From positions 192,001 through 256,000 of the forward strand of contig JAJYUZ010000001.1 of the NCBI GenBank assembly GCA_021792255.1: 64,000 nucleotides of DNA, given 5' to 3'. Below the pieces are notes generated by a model. That model worked only from the letters and a program-made list of their open reading frames with translations, did not search any database and had not been told where the DNA came from. This DNA comes from Thermoplasmata archaeon (GTDB lineage Archaea; Thermoplasmatota; Thermoplasmata; Thermoplasmatales; GCA-001856825). Within the stretch, counting starts at the first letter, position 1, and each line of letters begins with the position of its first letter. Below, piece by piece: positions 19,640 to 29,334 of the stretch. Made by a program: the position numbers and the translations under genes.

Positions 19640-20578
19640 TCAGGGATACCTCTCGACAGACTTGATTTCCAGCTGTGATTCTTGAAATTCATCGTCCTTT
19701 ATTTTCCCTATAGATTTGAAAAACGAATCCAGACTACTCTTCTCGAAAATCATCGTCACTTTGGATTTCTCTCCCGATATTTCGACGTCATAATTGAACG
19801 GCAAGTCCACATCGGACATCTTGTATGGGTCGATCAGGATTCCTTGCTCGGGAACAATGGCGTGGTACACCTTTGATCCAGATTCGGTCTTGTGGATCAA
19901 CTTGAATTCCTTTGTTTGTTTTTGGAGAAGGCTCTCCCACTCGGGGAATTCGTTGTCCATTTCGTAGAATACGTCGAGGAACCCAGACTTGTCTACACTT
20001 CTTACGGAAATCTTTGCCTTGAAATTCTTGTCGGACTTAGCGTACTTTAGGGTGAAGGAATTGGTCGGTATTACGTAGAAAACGAGCTTCTTCATTTCCC
20101 ATCCTTTCTCATTTTCTAGTAGCCAGTTCTTATCGTTACGTACTGGTCCCAAATAGTCTATGCTGAAAAAGTCTCTTTTTTCTGAGTCCTTGAAGACGAT
20201 TCTCTGAAGGTCAGACGAAGACTTGAAGAACTTAATCCTAAGAATTACATCCCCTTCTGTGACAAAGATAGGAACATCAATCAACGCATTGTTCACCTTC
20301 AAGAGTGAGTCTATCATATCGCAGACATAACATTCCTCTCCGACCTCGATAGAGACTCCGGCCTTCCTATCCACGAACTCAAATCCCCTTGACCTGATGG
20401 CTTTTCTGAGTTCGTCCATCGCTTTCCCCTCTCTGAGATAAGTCACAACGGCCTCGGTCTTCTTTCCCCTCTTATAAAAGTTCAGATAACCATTGAAACC
20501 ATAAACCCTTGAAAAGTAGCTAATAGGCGACCTCATGTCCTGAAATCTAACAACCATTTCACTATCAAATTCTACCAT
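19640..20578 (-). CDS. Hypothetical protein (312 aa)
   Basis: Long ORF with ATG start; no catalytic motif recognised. Confidence 0.65.
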   Translation of the reverse strand: MVEFDSEMVVRFQDMRSPISYFSRVYGFNGYLNFYKRGKKTEAVVTYLREGKAMDELRKAIRSRGFEFVDRKAGVSIEVGEECYVCDMIDSLLKVNNALIDVPIFVTEGDVILRIKFFKSSSDLQRIVFKDSEKRDFFSIDYLGPVRNDKNWLLENEKGWEMKKLVFYVIPTNSFTLKYAKSDKNFKAKISVRSVDKSGFLDVFYEMDNEFPEWESLLQKQTKEFKLIHKTESGSKVYHAIVPEQGILIDPYKMSDVDLPFNYDVEISGEKSKVTMIFEKSSLDSFFKSIGKIKDDEFQESQLEIKSVERYP

Positions 20579-20923
20579 ATAGGGTGTCAGAGTTTCTTTA
20601 ATTTAAAATTTTCTGGTTCAAGTCATTGTCATCTTTCGGTCGATTCATTAAACTTGCAAATTTATGTTCCCGGCGACGATTATTGCCTCGACCCAGAATC
20701 TGAATAGAGGTTACCCTTAGAGTGATCTCAGAAGCTACCGCCAGACGTCGTCTAATAGATTTAACCACAAATTTCATAAATATATAAATGGTATTATGAT
20801 GTATAAAACTGGCTATCCACCTAATTACGCTGTGAAAAATCCAAAGTAAAATTATGACTTCTAAACTTGAATGACTAAGTTTATAAGCTTTTTTGTACTT
20901 ACATGAAAGTCAAGTGACGCAGT

Positions 20924-21340
20924 ATGACGCTGGTAGAACAATCATTTACTGTTGGACCTATTACCGTTGATCTAATGGCAAAGGCAATCTCAAATGGGAT
21001 GAGTAGGCGAAGCAAAAGGATGAGCGAACAAGAAGCTTATGATATCGCTTTTCACGTCCTCAATTTCTTTGGTTATAGCAGGTATGTTATAGACAACATG
21101 CTGGAGCCAGAAGACAGAGATGCGTTCTACATGCTAGAGGATCTTGGAATCCTGGACACGGAAAGAGAAGAAACGACTCTATTCGATGGCAGGGAATGGA
21201 GGATCCATTACTGGTTGATAAGGCCAGAAAATGTCAGAAGGCTCGCTTACAACAACGACATCAAGACTGAGGACGTAGTCTCGAGCGAGTCATTGATTTA
21301 TGACGGGCTTCCAGATGACGTCTGGAAAATGAAGCTTTAG
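20924..21340 (+). CDS. Conserved Thermoplasmata protein (DUF6015-like)
   Basis: Motif HVLNFFGY...IDNMLEPEDRDAFYMLED.GIL..EREETTL.DGREWRIHYW, recognised from memory. Confidence 0.7.
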   Translation: MTLVEQSFTVGPITVDLMAKAISNGMSRRSKRMSEQEAYDIAFHVLNFFGYSRYVIDNMLEPEDRDAFYMLEDLGILDTEREETTLFDGREWRIHYWLIRPENVRRLAYNNDIKTEDVVSSESLIYDGLPDDVWKMKL

Positions 21341-21346
21341 ATCCAG

Positions 21347-23101
21347 ATGCACGTAGCAGTTATTGACTTTGATAAGTGTCACTTTAAAAAATGTCGGCAA
21401 GAATGCCAATTTTACTGTCCTCCGGTAAGAAACGAAATCATGGCCGTAGATTTCACGGAATCGGGTTATCCCCAGATACACGAAGACCTCTGTATAGGTT
21501 GCGGAATCTGCGCTCACCGATGCCCTTACGAAGCAATAAAGATAATTGGGGTACCAGAGAGGGAAAGCGGAAAAGAAGTCCACCGCTATGGAACAAATGG
21601 GTTCGTCTTGTATGGTCTTCCCTCTCTCGAAATGAAGGGTGTCGTCGGGATCCTAGGACAGAATGGGATGGGTAAGTCTACTATATTGAACATCTTAAAT
21701 GGAACTCTGACCCCCAATTTCGCAAAATCCGAGGGGAACAAAGAGGAGGTTCTGGAAAATTATAAAGGAACCTACCTCGGCGAATACCTTAGTAAGGTCT
21801 ATGCAGATAAGATTCGAATATCCCTAAAACCACAATACGTTGATTCAATTTCAAGACATTTTACTGGCCAAGTAAGTGATCTCCTGAAGCAGTACGGTGA
21901 CGGAGCTAAAAGTAAGCTTGAGGAAATGGGAATCGGAGGGATCTTCCACAAGGATGTGAGATATCTTTCCGGAGGAGAGTTACAGCAACTTGCCATATGC
22001 GCTGCACTGTTGAAGGCTGCAGACCTATACTTCTTTGACGAACCTTCTTCTTACCTCGACATTTCTCAGAGGTTGAAGATAGCTGGAATCCTGCGTAAAC
22101 TCTCGGAAACAAAGAAGGTAGTCGTGGTGGAACACGATCTTGCCATTCTGGACTTTATGACAGATTATATCTATTTGACGTACGGAGAGGCAAGAGGCTA
22201 CGGGATTGTGAGCAACTCGTACTCCACTAGACAAGCCATAAATACGTACCTGGGCGGGTACATAAAACAGGAGAATATGAAATTTAGAGACTACGAAATA
22301 AAGTTCTCTAAGAAACCCCCCGAACTAGATAAAAGTCTGGTCTCTTTCGTCAACTGGAGCACCTTGACGAAGGGCTTTGATAATTTTAATCTTAGTACAG
22401 AGCCTGGAGAACTGAGGCACGGACAGGTCGTTGGAGTCATAGGTCCCAACTCGACAGGCAAATCCACGTTCGTAAAGATGGTTGCTGGGGAGCTAACTCC
22501 TGACAGCGGTTCTATTACGAATTCTGTCAAGACCTCTTTCAAGCCACAGAGTCCGGAGTCCGATTACCAGATTCCGGTGTTGGAATTTCTCGAAAAGAGT
22601 CTGGGAGACAGGGTTGCTGAAAACCAATTCAAGAATGACGTCATGCGTCCACTCAATCTAGAGAGCCTAGGCGATACACTAGTTTCGGAGCTCTCTGGGG
22701 GAGATCTTCAGAAGGTATACATAGCCAAAACTCTCGGAAAGGAGGCTGACGTCTACATACTTGATGAACCATCCGCCTATCTAGATGCAGACCAGAGAAT
22801 GATTGTGGCCAGAATGATAAAGAGATTTGCAGAAAACAACAAAAATGCGGTAATGGTAGTCGACCACGACATATATTTTATCGATCTCATTTCCACATCC
22901 TTGATAGTATTCGCGGGAGAGGGAGGGAAGTACGGAAAGTCATACGGACCGCTGAATTTGAAAGACGGAATGAATCTCTTTCTTAAGAACCTAAACATAA
23001 CTTTTAGAAGGGACGAAAATACTCAAAGACCCAGGATCAACAAACCCGACTCAAGACTTGATAAGGAACAAAGAAAGATCGGGGAATACTATTATTACTA
23101 G
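21347..23101 (+). CDS. rli: Ribosome recycling ATPase ABCE1/RLI
   Basis: N-terminal Fe-S cysteines (CIGCGIC), two ABC domains with LSGG motifs, C-terminal RPRINK and GEYYY. Confidence 0.95.
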   Translation: MHVAVIDFDKCHFKKCRQECQFYCPPVRNEIMAVDFTESGYPQIHEDLCIGCGICAHRCPYEAIKIIGVPERESGKEVHRYGTNGFVLYGLPSLEMKGVVGILGQNGMGKSTILNILNGTLTPNFAKSEGNKEEVLENYKGTYLGEYLSKVYADKIRISLKPQYVDSISRHFTGQVSDLLKQYGDGAKSKLEEMGIGGIFHKDVRYLSGGELQQLAICAALLKAADLYFFDEPSSYLDISQRLKIAGILRKLSETKKVVVVEHDLAILDFMTDYIYLTYGEARGYGIVSNSYSTRQAINTYLGGYIKQENMKFRDYEIKFSKKPPELDKSLVSFVNWSTLTKGFDNFNLSTEPGELRHGQVVGVIGPNSTGKSTFVKMVAGELTPDSGSITNSVKTSFKPQSPESDYQIPVLEFLEKSLGDRVAENQFKNDVMRPLNLESLGDTLVSELSGGDLQKVYIAKTLGKEADVYILDEPSAYLDADQRMIVARMIKRFAENNKNAVMVVDHDIYFIDLISTSLIVFAGEGGKYGKSYGPLNLKDGMNLFLKNLNITFRRDENTQRPRINKPDSRLDKEQRKIGEYYYY

Positions 23102-23289
23102 ACTCAGGAAATGCCGTAGAGGTGTAATTATTCGCAGGATGGTAGTCTTGTCTGTAGAATTACTCTAATTTGTAACACTATTTTCTCAGATTTCTAAAGT
23201 TCCTTTTCACTCTAAACTCTGTTCAACAGATAGTCGTGAGACTTAAAAAAATTATAATAACAATCAGGGTCTAACCAAGAGGTGATTGA

Positions 23290-24582
23290 TTGGCAAGAAA
23301 AGTAGCAGCAGTGGCTGGAGGACTGACGTATTTTTCAAAAGCGAGAAGGGATAAAACTCAGGAAGAACTTGCTGCTGAGGCGGCGAGGATGGCGTTGTTT
23401 GATAATGACATCGACTTAGGAAAAGACGAAATTGACGGTACCATAGTTTCTTATTTTTCAGACCATTTTGAGAACCAATTACTGTTTGGTTCTATCATTC
23501 AAGATTATCTAGGCTTCAACCCAAAGCCCTCGGTTAGAATAGAGGGTGGAGGCGCTACTGGTGGACTGGCAGTAAGAGATGCATATGCGCACGTCGCATC
23601 AGGTCTGCTAGATGTCGCGATGGTGATTGGTTTTGAGAAGATGTCAGAAGTAAATACAGCGAAGGGAAATGAGTTCATAGCGCTCGCTTCAGATACCGAC
23701 TGGGACTTTCCTATCGGCGGCTTTTATAGCGGATATTATGCATTGATGGCAAGAAGACACATGGAAGAATTTGGAACGACAGAAGAACAGATGGCCATGG
23801 TAGCAGTCAAGAACAGGAACAACGCTCAGCACAACAAATTTGCCCAAACAAATCCCAAGATGAATCCATTCGGGATGAAAGACGGTGGGAAGATAACGGT
23901 TGATGACGTTCTTAAGTCTCCCTATGTTGCTTTCCCGCTAAAGAGACTAGATATATGTCTCATGAGCGACGGGGCTGCCGTTCTGATCTTAGCATCTGAA
24001 GAGAAAGCTAAAAAGATTACGGATACGCCCATCTGGATAACTGGAACGGGTGCTGGAACAGACGCAATGAGGGCTGGTGATAGACCTAGGACACTGGCTG
24101 GTGTGCCTATCCTACCCCACGAAAATAAGCAATGGTATAAGAAACTGGAATACCCCGGAGTTCACTCGTTCAGAGCTGGAAGGGAATCCGCAAGGCAGGC
24201 TTACAAGATGGCAGGGATTACCAACCCTCTAAAACAGTTAGACGCAATAGAACTTCACGATGCCTATACCAGTAGTGAGATCCAGACCTACGAAGACCTT
24301 GGACTTGCCAAATACGGTGAAGGCGGAAAGCTCGTAGAAGATGGTGTGACTGCAATTAACGGAGATCTACCAGTAAATCCTTCTGGCGGTCTGATAGGTA
24401 CGATGCACGCCGTAGGAGCAACGGGAGTAATGCAGGCAGTGGAGATGTTCTGGCAGTTGCAGGGAGTCGCAGGAAAATTCCACGGATCAGATAAGACCCA
24501 GGTGAAGAATGCAGAGAGGGGCCTGATACACTCTCACGCAGGAACAGGTACCTACGTAACTGCATCAATAATGGAGAGGTGA
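23290..24582 (+). CDS. SCP2-type thiolase-fold protein lacking the nucleophilic Cys
   Basis: Motifs GFEKM, SDGAA, ELHDAY, VNPSGG and HAVGATG. The usual xxACxSG is replaced by EGGGATG. GAGGTGA RBS. Confidence 0.85.
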   Translation: MARKVAAVAGGLTYFSKARRDKTQEELAAEAARMALFDNDIDLGKDEIDGTIVSYFSDHFENQLLFGSIIQDYLGFNPKPSVRIEGGGATGGLAVRDAYAHVASGLLDVAMVIGFEKMSEVNTAKGNEFIALASDTDWDFPIGGFYSGYYALMARRHMEEFGTTEEQMAMVAVKNRNNAQHNKFAQTNPKMNPFGMKDGGKITVDDVLKSPYVAFPLKRLDICLMSDGAAVLILASEEKAKKITDTPIWITGTGAGTDAMRAGDRPRTLAGVPILPHENKQWYKKLEYPGVHSFRAGRESARQAYKMAGITNPLKQLDAIELHDAYTSSEIQTYEDLGLAKYGEGGKLVEDGVTAINGDLPVNPSGGLIGTMHAVGATGVMQAVEMFWQLQGVAGKFHGSDKTQVKNAERGLIHSHAGTGTYVTASIMER

Positions 24583-24587
24583 TAAAA

Positions 24588-25034
24588 ATGACAGAAGTTT
24601 ATTCGATGGACCCTTTGATAATCAAGACACCGTACGAAATGTCCTACAAACACTCTTACGGGAAGACAAGCAAGTTCTTTACCTCGCTTTCTGCAGGTAA
24701 GTTAATGGCTACTAGATGCGATCACTGCAAGTTCACATTCCTACCACCCAGGGCAGACTGTCCCTACTGTTTGGCAGAGACGAAATGGGTAGAGATTTCT
24801 GGGAAGGGGATTGTGCACACTTTTTCCACACTGTACTTCTCAGGAGAGAAGTTTCTTAAGGATTTGCCATTCCAACTTGTCTATGTTGAACTGGAAGGAG
24901 TGGACACTCTCTTCCTCACAAGGCTAAAGATCAAAGACAAGAACAGCACAAAGATCGGAATGAAGATAAAGATGAAGATCTCCCGAGAACCAGAGTGGAG
25001 GTCATCGGACGTCTGGGCAGAGCCGGAAGATTGA
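24588..25034 (+). CDS. DUF35/ChsH2-type Zn-ribbon OB-fold acyl-CoA-binding protein (probable start 24588)
   Basis: CDHC..PPRADCPYC zinc ribbon followed by an OB fold; directly after the thiolase-fold gene. Confidence 0.9.
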   Translation: MTEVYSMDPLIIKTPYEMSYKHSYGKTSKFFTSLSAGKLMATRCDHCKFTFLPPRADCPYCLAETKWVEISGKGIVHTFSTLYFSGEKFLKDLPFQLVYVELEGVDTLFLTRLKIKDKNSTKIGMKIKMKISREPEWRSSDVWAEPED

Positions 25035-25038
25035 ATAG

Positions 25039-25070
25039 GAGGTTTTTAAGAACCTCTCTCTTATTTTTTT
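25039..25070 (+). terminator. Putative hairpin plus T-tract terminator
   Basis: GAGGTT...AACCTC stem followed by TTATTTTTTT just after the DUF35 stop. Confidence 0.5.
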
Positions 25071-25149
25071 AACAGTCTAGAGTGCGACGTCCGAAAGGTG
25101 AGATTCTGTTCCTATCGTTTTGAGATGAGGGTTCTCTGGACTATCGTCT

Positions 25150-26805
25150 TCACTGGACGCATGGAGCTTTGAACCTGACTCCTTTTTTGATAAGATCGAT
25201 AGACCTTTCGTAACCCGCATCGGCGTGCCTAAGCACTCCCATTCCGGGATCTGCGTTGAGAACTCTCTTGATCCTATCTTCAGCTCTGGATGTACCATCG
25301 GCCACTATCACGAAGCCAGAGTGAATAGAGTTGCCGATCCCAGTCCCGCCACCATGATGAATAGAGACCCAGCTCGCCCCCGATATCGCATTGAGCATCG
25401 CATTTAGTATTGGCCAGTCTGCGATCGCATCGCTTCCGTCTTTCATTTTTTCCGTCTCTCTGTATGGAGACGCGACACTCCCTGTGTCGTGATGGTCCCT
25501 CCCGATTGCAACTGGTGCAGTCAGAATTCCTTCTTTGACCATCCTGTTGATCATCAGGCCTATCTCTTCCCTCTGTCCGTATTTGGCATAGCATATGCGT
25601 GCCGGGAGCCCCTGGAAATGAATCCTCTCCTTGGCTAGTTTTATCCACTTTATCAGGTGGGAGTCTTCCTTAAAATTCTTGATTATCTCGTCGTCTATCC
25701 TGAATATGTCATTTGGGTCCCCAGACAACGCAAGCCATCTGAATGGCCCAGAACCTATTTCGAAGAGTTCCCTGATATAAGCGGGTACGTACCCAGGTAT
25801 GTCGAATGCATTCTTCAGTCCTCCCTCTACCGCACGCCCCCTCAGATTGTTTCCATAATCGAATGTGCTTGAGCCATGATCCTTGAACCACAGTATGGCC
25901 TTCGTTTCCTTCACTATCGATTTATAGACGGCGCTCTTGTATGCCTCTGGATCCTCTTTCCTAAACTTCTCTGCGGTTTGGACATCATATCCCTCGGGAA
26001 TGTAACCGACGTTCAGGTCGTGTGCTGCCGTTTGATCAGAAACTATGTCAGGTACGATTTTCCTGTTCACGAGCTCGTCATAGATTGTCGCTGCATTTCC
26101 GAGTAGACCTATTGAAAGACTTTTGCCAGTTGCGAGAGCCTCGTCCTTCATCTTGACGGCTTCGTCCAGAGACTCGGTAAAGGTGTTGAGATACTTATCT
26201 CTCAGCCTCCTGTTGATCTTCTCTTTATCCACTTCTACTATTATTCCCACACCTTCATTCATAGTTATTGCGAGCGGTTGTGCCCCACCCATTTCACCTA
26301 GCCCGGAGGATAAGAACCACTTGTTTTTAAGAGTGTCCTTTTTGAACTCTTTTCTTGCGAGTGCTGAAAGGGTTTCGTAAGTTCCCTGCAACACTCCCTG
26401 TGTACCAATATATATCCAAGAACCGGCAGTCATTTGACCAAACATCGTCAGGCCCTTTCTTTCCAGTTCCCAGAATACATCATCTGTTGCCCATTTGGGC
26501 ACTATTTGCGCGTTCACTATCAGAACTCTCGGACTCGTCTCTGTAGTCTTAAAGACACCGACCGGTTTTCCAGACTGTATCAGCAGAGTTTCGTTGTTCT
26601 CGAGCAGTTTAAGATTCTGCACGATTTTATCATAAGCTTCCCAGTTTCTTGCTGCTTTACCTTTTCCACCATAGACAATAAGATTCGCTGGGTCTTTAGC
26701 GACCATTGGATCTAGATTATTCATGAGTAGTCTAAGTGCGGCCTCTTGCTCCCATCCTTTCGTGTTGAGGCTTGACCCCCTAGGTGCGTGAATTTCCTTG
26801 ATCAT
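25150..26805 (-). CDS. hutU: Urocanate hydratase
   Basis: Motifs [39 protein letters not shown] and HHGGG. Confidence 0.96.
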   Translation of the reverse strand: MIKEIHAPRGSSLNTKGWEQEAALRLLMNNLDPMVAKDPANLIVYGGKGKAARNWEAYDKIVQNLKLLENNETLLIQSGKPVGVFKTTETSPRVLIVNAQIVPKWATDDVFWELERKGLTMFGQMTAGSWIYIGTQGVLQGTYETLSALARKEFKKDTLKNKWFLSSGLGEMGGAQPLAITMNEGVGIIVEVDKEKINRRLRDKYLNTFTESLDEAVKMKDEALATGKSLSIGLLGNAATIYDELVNRKIVPDIVSDQTAAHDLNVGYIPEGYDVQTAEKFRKEDPEAYKSAVYKSIVKETKAILWFKDHGSSTFDYGNNLRGRAVEGGLKNAFDIPGYVPAYIRELFEIGSGPFRWLALSGDPNDIFRIDDEIIKNFKEDSHLIKWIKLAKERIHFQGLPARICYAKYGQREEIGLMINRMVKEGILTAPVAIGRDHHDTGSVASPYRETEKMKDGSDAIADWPILNAMLNAISGASWVSIHHGGGTGIGNSIHSGFVIVADGTSRAEDRIKRVLNADPGMGVLRHADAGYERSIDLIKKGVRFKAPCVQ

Positions 26806-26939
26806 AGTTCCGTATAGTCTGTTTAATTATTAAGAATGTCGAATGCAATAGTCGCGGTTAAACTGCGTACTACAGGCGATCGGACTATTGAAATTATTTT
26901 GCCAGGGGCATTGATTTGGCTACTCTCCCTGTTCCCCTT

Positions 26940-27776
26940 CTAGTACTTGTAAAAACCCTCTCCACTCTTTCTACCCAGCTTTCCTGCTTCCACCATTTTC
27001 CTTAAAATGGGAGCTGCTCTGAATTTGGGATCCTTGTAAGAGTTGTACATGATGTCCATTATGTTTACGACAGTATCCCAGCCAATGAGATCCCCTAGCG
27101 TAAGTGGTCCCATTGGGAAGTTTCCACCAAGCTTGAGCGCCTTGTCTATGTCCTCTTTAGACGCCAGTCCTTCTGAATATTCAAACGCCCCCTCGTTGAC
27201 GAGCATTGCAATCACTCTCGTGGTTACGAAACCCGGCGAATCATTAACCACGACGAATTCTTTTCCTACGCTCTTCGCAAATTCAATTGCCCGATCAACT
27301 GCCTGTTGAGAAGTCTTAACTCCCTTTATGAGTTCTATCAGGTTCATCAGGGCGACCGGATTGAAAAAATGGATTCCCAGAAATCTCGATGGATCTTTGA
27401 GGCTGGCGCCAAGAGCAGTTATGCTTATCGAAGATGTGTTGGAAGAGATTATTGAATCTGGCGAAACGATCGATTCAATCTTCTTGAAGAATTCGATTTT
27501 CTCCTTTTGGTTCTCCACCACTGCTTCTATGACGATATCGCAACCGGAAAACTCCTTCAAATCGTCTGCGTAAACTATCCTCGATAAGATCTTTCCTTTA
27601 TCCTGGTTTATCACTTTCTTTTCAATCAGTTTGTCCAGACTTTTTCCCATTGAGACAACTGCCCTGTCGTAAAATGCCTTACTTACGTCAGTCACAATTA
27701 CGTCGTGTCCGGATGTTGCTGAGAGTTGTGCAATACCAGACCCCATTATGCCCAATCCAATTACACCTATTTTCAT
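26940..27776 (-). CDS. hbd: 3-hydroxyacyl(butyryl)-CoA dehydrogenase
   Basis: Motifs GLGIMGSG, IEAVVE, SNTSS, HFFNP, PMGP and GRKSGEGFY. Confidence 0.9.
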   Translation of the reverse strand: MKIGVIGLGIMGSGIAQLSATSGHDVIVTDVSKAFYDRAVVSMGKSLDKLIEKKVINQDKGKILSRIVYADDLKEFSGCDIVIEAVVENQKEKIEFFKKIESIVSPDSIISSNTSSISITALGASLKDPSRFLGIHFFNPVALMNLIELIKGVKTSQQAVDRAIEFAKSVGKEFVVVNDSPGFVTTRVIAMLVNEGAFEYSEGLASKEDIDKALKLGGNFPMGPLTLGDLIGWDTVVNIMDIMYNSYKDPKFRAAPILRKMVEAGKLGRKSGEGFYKY

Positions 27777-28937
27777 TTAAATCGCCTCTATCGCCATTGA
27801 ATAAGCTCCTCCGCCACCATGGCAAATGGTCGCAAGTCCTCTTCCCATCCGGAGATCTTCTAATTCTCTAAGCAGCGTAAGAACTATTCTGGCTCCTGAT
27901 GCTCCAAGAGGGTGCCCCAGAGCTATTGCCCCTCCTCTAATGTTGAACTTATTCCAATCTAGCCCAAGACCATCTCTCACTGCAAGAGAAGCAACTGAGA
28001 AGGCCTCGTTGTGCTCGACCAGGTCAAAGTCGCCAATTTTCATACCGATCCTCTTGAGTAGGTTGTTCACGGAAGGAACTGGTGCGTAAGGAAAATCGGA
28101 AGGATCCATTGACGTAGTATCAAATCCAATAATTTTGATTTTCTTTTCCAAGGAATTTTGGTGGATGAAATCTTCGTTCGCCAGTACTAGAGCAGTCGCT
28201 CCATCTGTAAGCTGAGAAGAGTTTCCTGCGGTCAGTACCCCGTCTGGGGTAAATGCCGGCTTAAGACCAGTCATGATCTCCTGGTTCGTTTCTCTTATTC
28301 CCTCGTCTATGTCAAAACCCTTCACTGGAACAATTTCTTTTCTAAAATAACCATTCTTCGTCGATTCGGAAGCTCTTCTGTAACTTTCAAGTGCATACTC
28401 GTCTGCCATCTCTCTCGTTATGTTATGGCTCCTCGCCCAGTCATCGGATATAGCTCCCATGTGCTTGTTGTACTTGAAGTCCCACAGGCCATCTTTTATC
28501 ATGGAATCCATTACAGGCCTCGACGCGTTTACTCCTTTGTTCTCTCTCCGGAAACTGGAATCGAGAAGAAATGGTGCATTGCTCATGCTTTCCATTCCCC
28601 CTACGACCATAACGTCCCTTTGTCCCATCTTGATCTGATAATATGCATTTGCTATAGCGAGCATACCAGAGGCGCATACCATGTTTACCGTCGATCCTGA
28701 AACTTCAACAGGAATTCCGGCCGCTATGGCAGCCTGCCTAGCTGGGTCCTGCCCAAGACCCGCTTCTATGACATTGCCCATCACGACCTCTTGTATCTTT
28801 GAAGGTTCAATGCCTGCATCTTGGATAGAAGCTCGTATGGCGACAGCACCAAGATCTATGGCACTATATCCAGCCAGGGCCTTTCCATACTTGCCTAATG
28901 GAGTTCTCTTTCCACCAATAATGAAAACGTCTACCAT
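27777..28937 (-). CDS. Acetyl-CoA C-acyltransferase (classical thiolase)
   Basis: NMVCASG nucleophile, NEAF, GHPLGASG and CHGGG. Confidence 0.93.
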   Translation of the reverse strand: MVDVFIIGGKRTPLGKYGKALAGYSAIDLGAVAIRASIQDAGIEPSKIQEVVMGNVIEAGLGQDPARQAAIAAGIPVEVSGSTVNMVCASGMLAIANAYYQIKMGQRDVMVVGGMESMSNAPFLLDSSFRRENKGVNASRPVMDSMIKDGLWDFKYNKHMGAISDDWARSHNITREMADEYALESYRRASESTKNGYFRKEIVPVKGFDIDEGIRETNQEIMTGLKPAFTPDGVLTAGNSSQLTDGATALVLANEDFIHQNSLEKKIKIIGFDTTSMDPSDFPYAPVPSVNNLLKRIGMKIGDFDLVEHNEAFSVASLAVRDGLGLDWNKFNIRGGAIALGHPLGASGARIVLTLLRELEDLRMGRGLATICHGGGGAYSMAIEAI

Positions 28938-29334
28938 ATTAGATCCCTCTACAAGATTCAGTAATGACTTTCATTTGTTTGATAAATCGAGAGTTGTCAA
29001 CAAGATCAGCATAGAGCTTCAACTGAATCTATTCCTGATTTTTTACTGAAATAAAAGCATTTAGCGGTCTATCGCAGATGTTCATTAATTGTCAAGGCAT
29101 TTGGTCGACCGGTTCGTCCAGTCTGTAGACAATCTTGATCCCGAATTCTTCTTGATTTAAGTTGGTTTTAAGAAGGAATGCGACAACAGCCACTGTGCTC
29201 ATGATTTTTTTAAGGTCCTTAAAGTCCGATGCTGTATTTCCAAGCCGATAAAGGGTATCTTATAAACTGTAAGATGCATCCTGACGGAACAAGAACGTCA
29301 GCGATATTTATTAGCAGTTATCATATCTATAATC

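Noticed and set aside
20797-20850. 17-codon ORF MMYKTGYPPNYAVKNPK upstream of the DUF6015-like gene
   Set aside because: Too short, with no motif or RBS; cannot be supported from sequence alone.
25150-26805. hutU without neighbouring hutH/hutI/hutG
   Set aside because: Scattered hut genes are unremarkable in archaea; the rest may lie outside the window.
26846-26890. 8-bp stem CAATAGTC...GACTATTG between hbd and hutU
   Set aside because: Long loop and no recognisable riboswitch or terminator features.
28938-29334. About 400-bp intergenic gap with short ORF-like stretches and a CTGACG/CGTCAG hairpin
   Set aside because: No recognisable protein remnant, tRNA or repeat structure.
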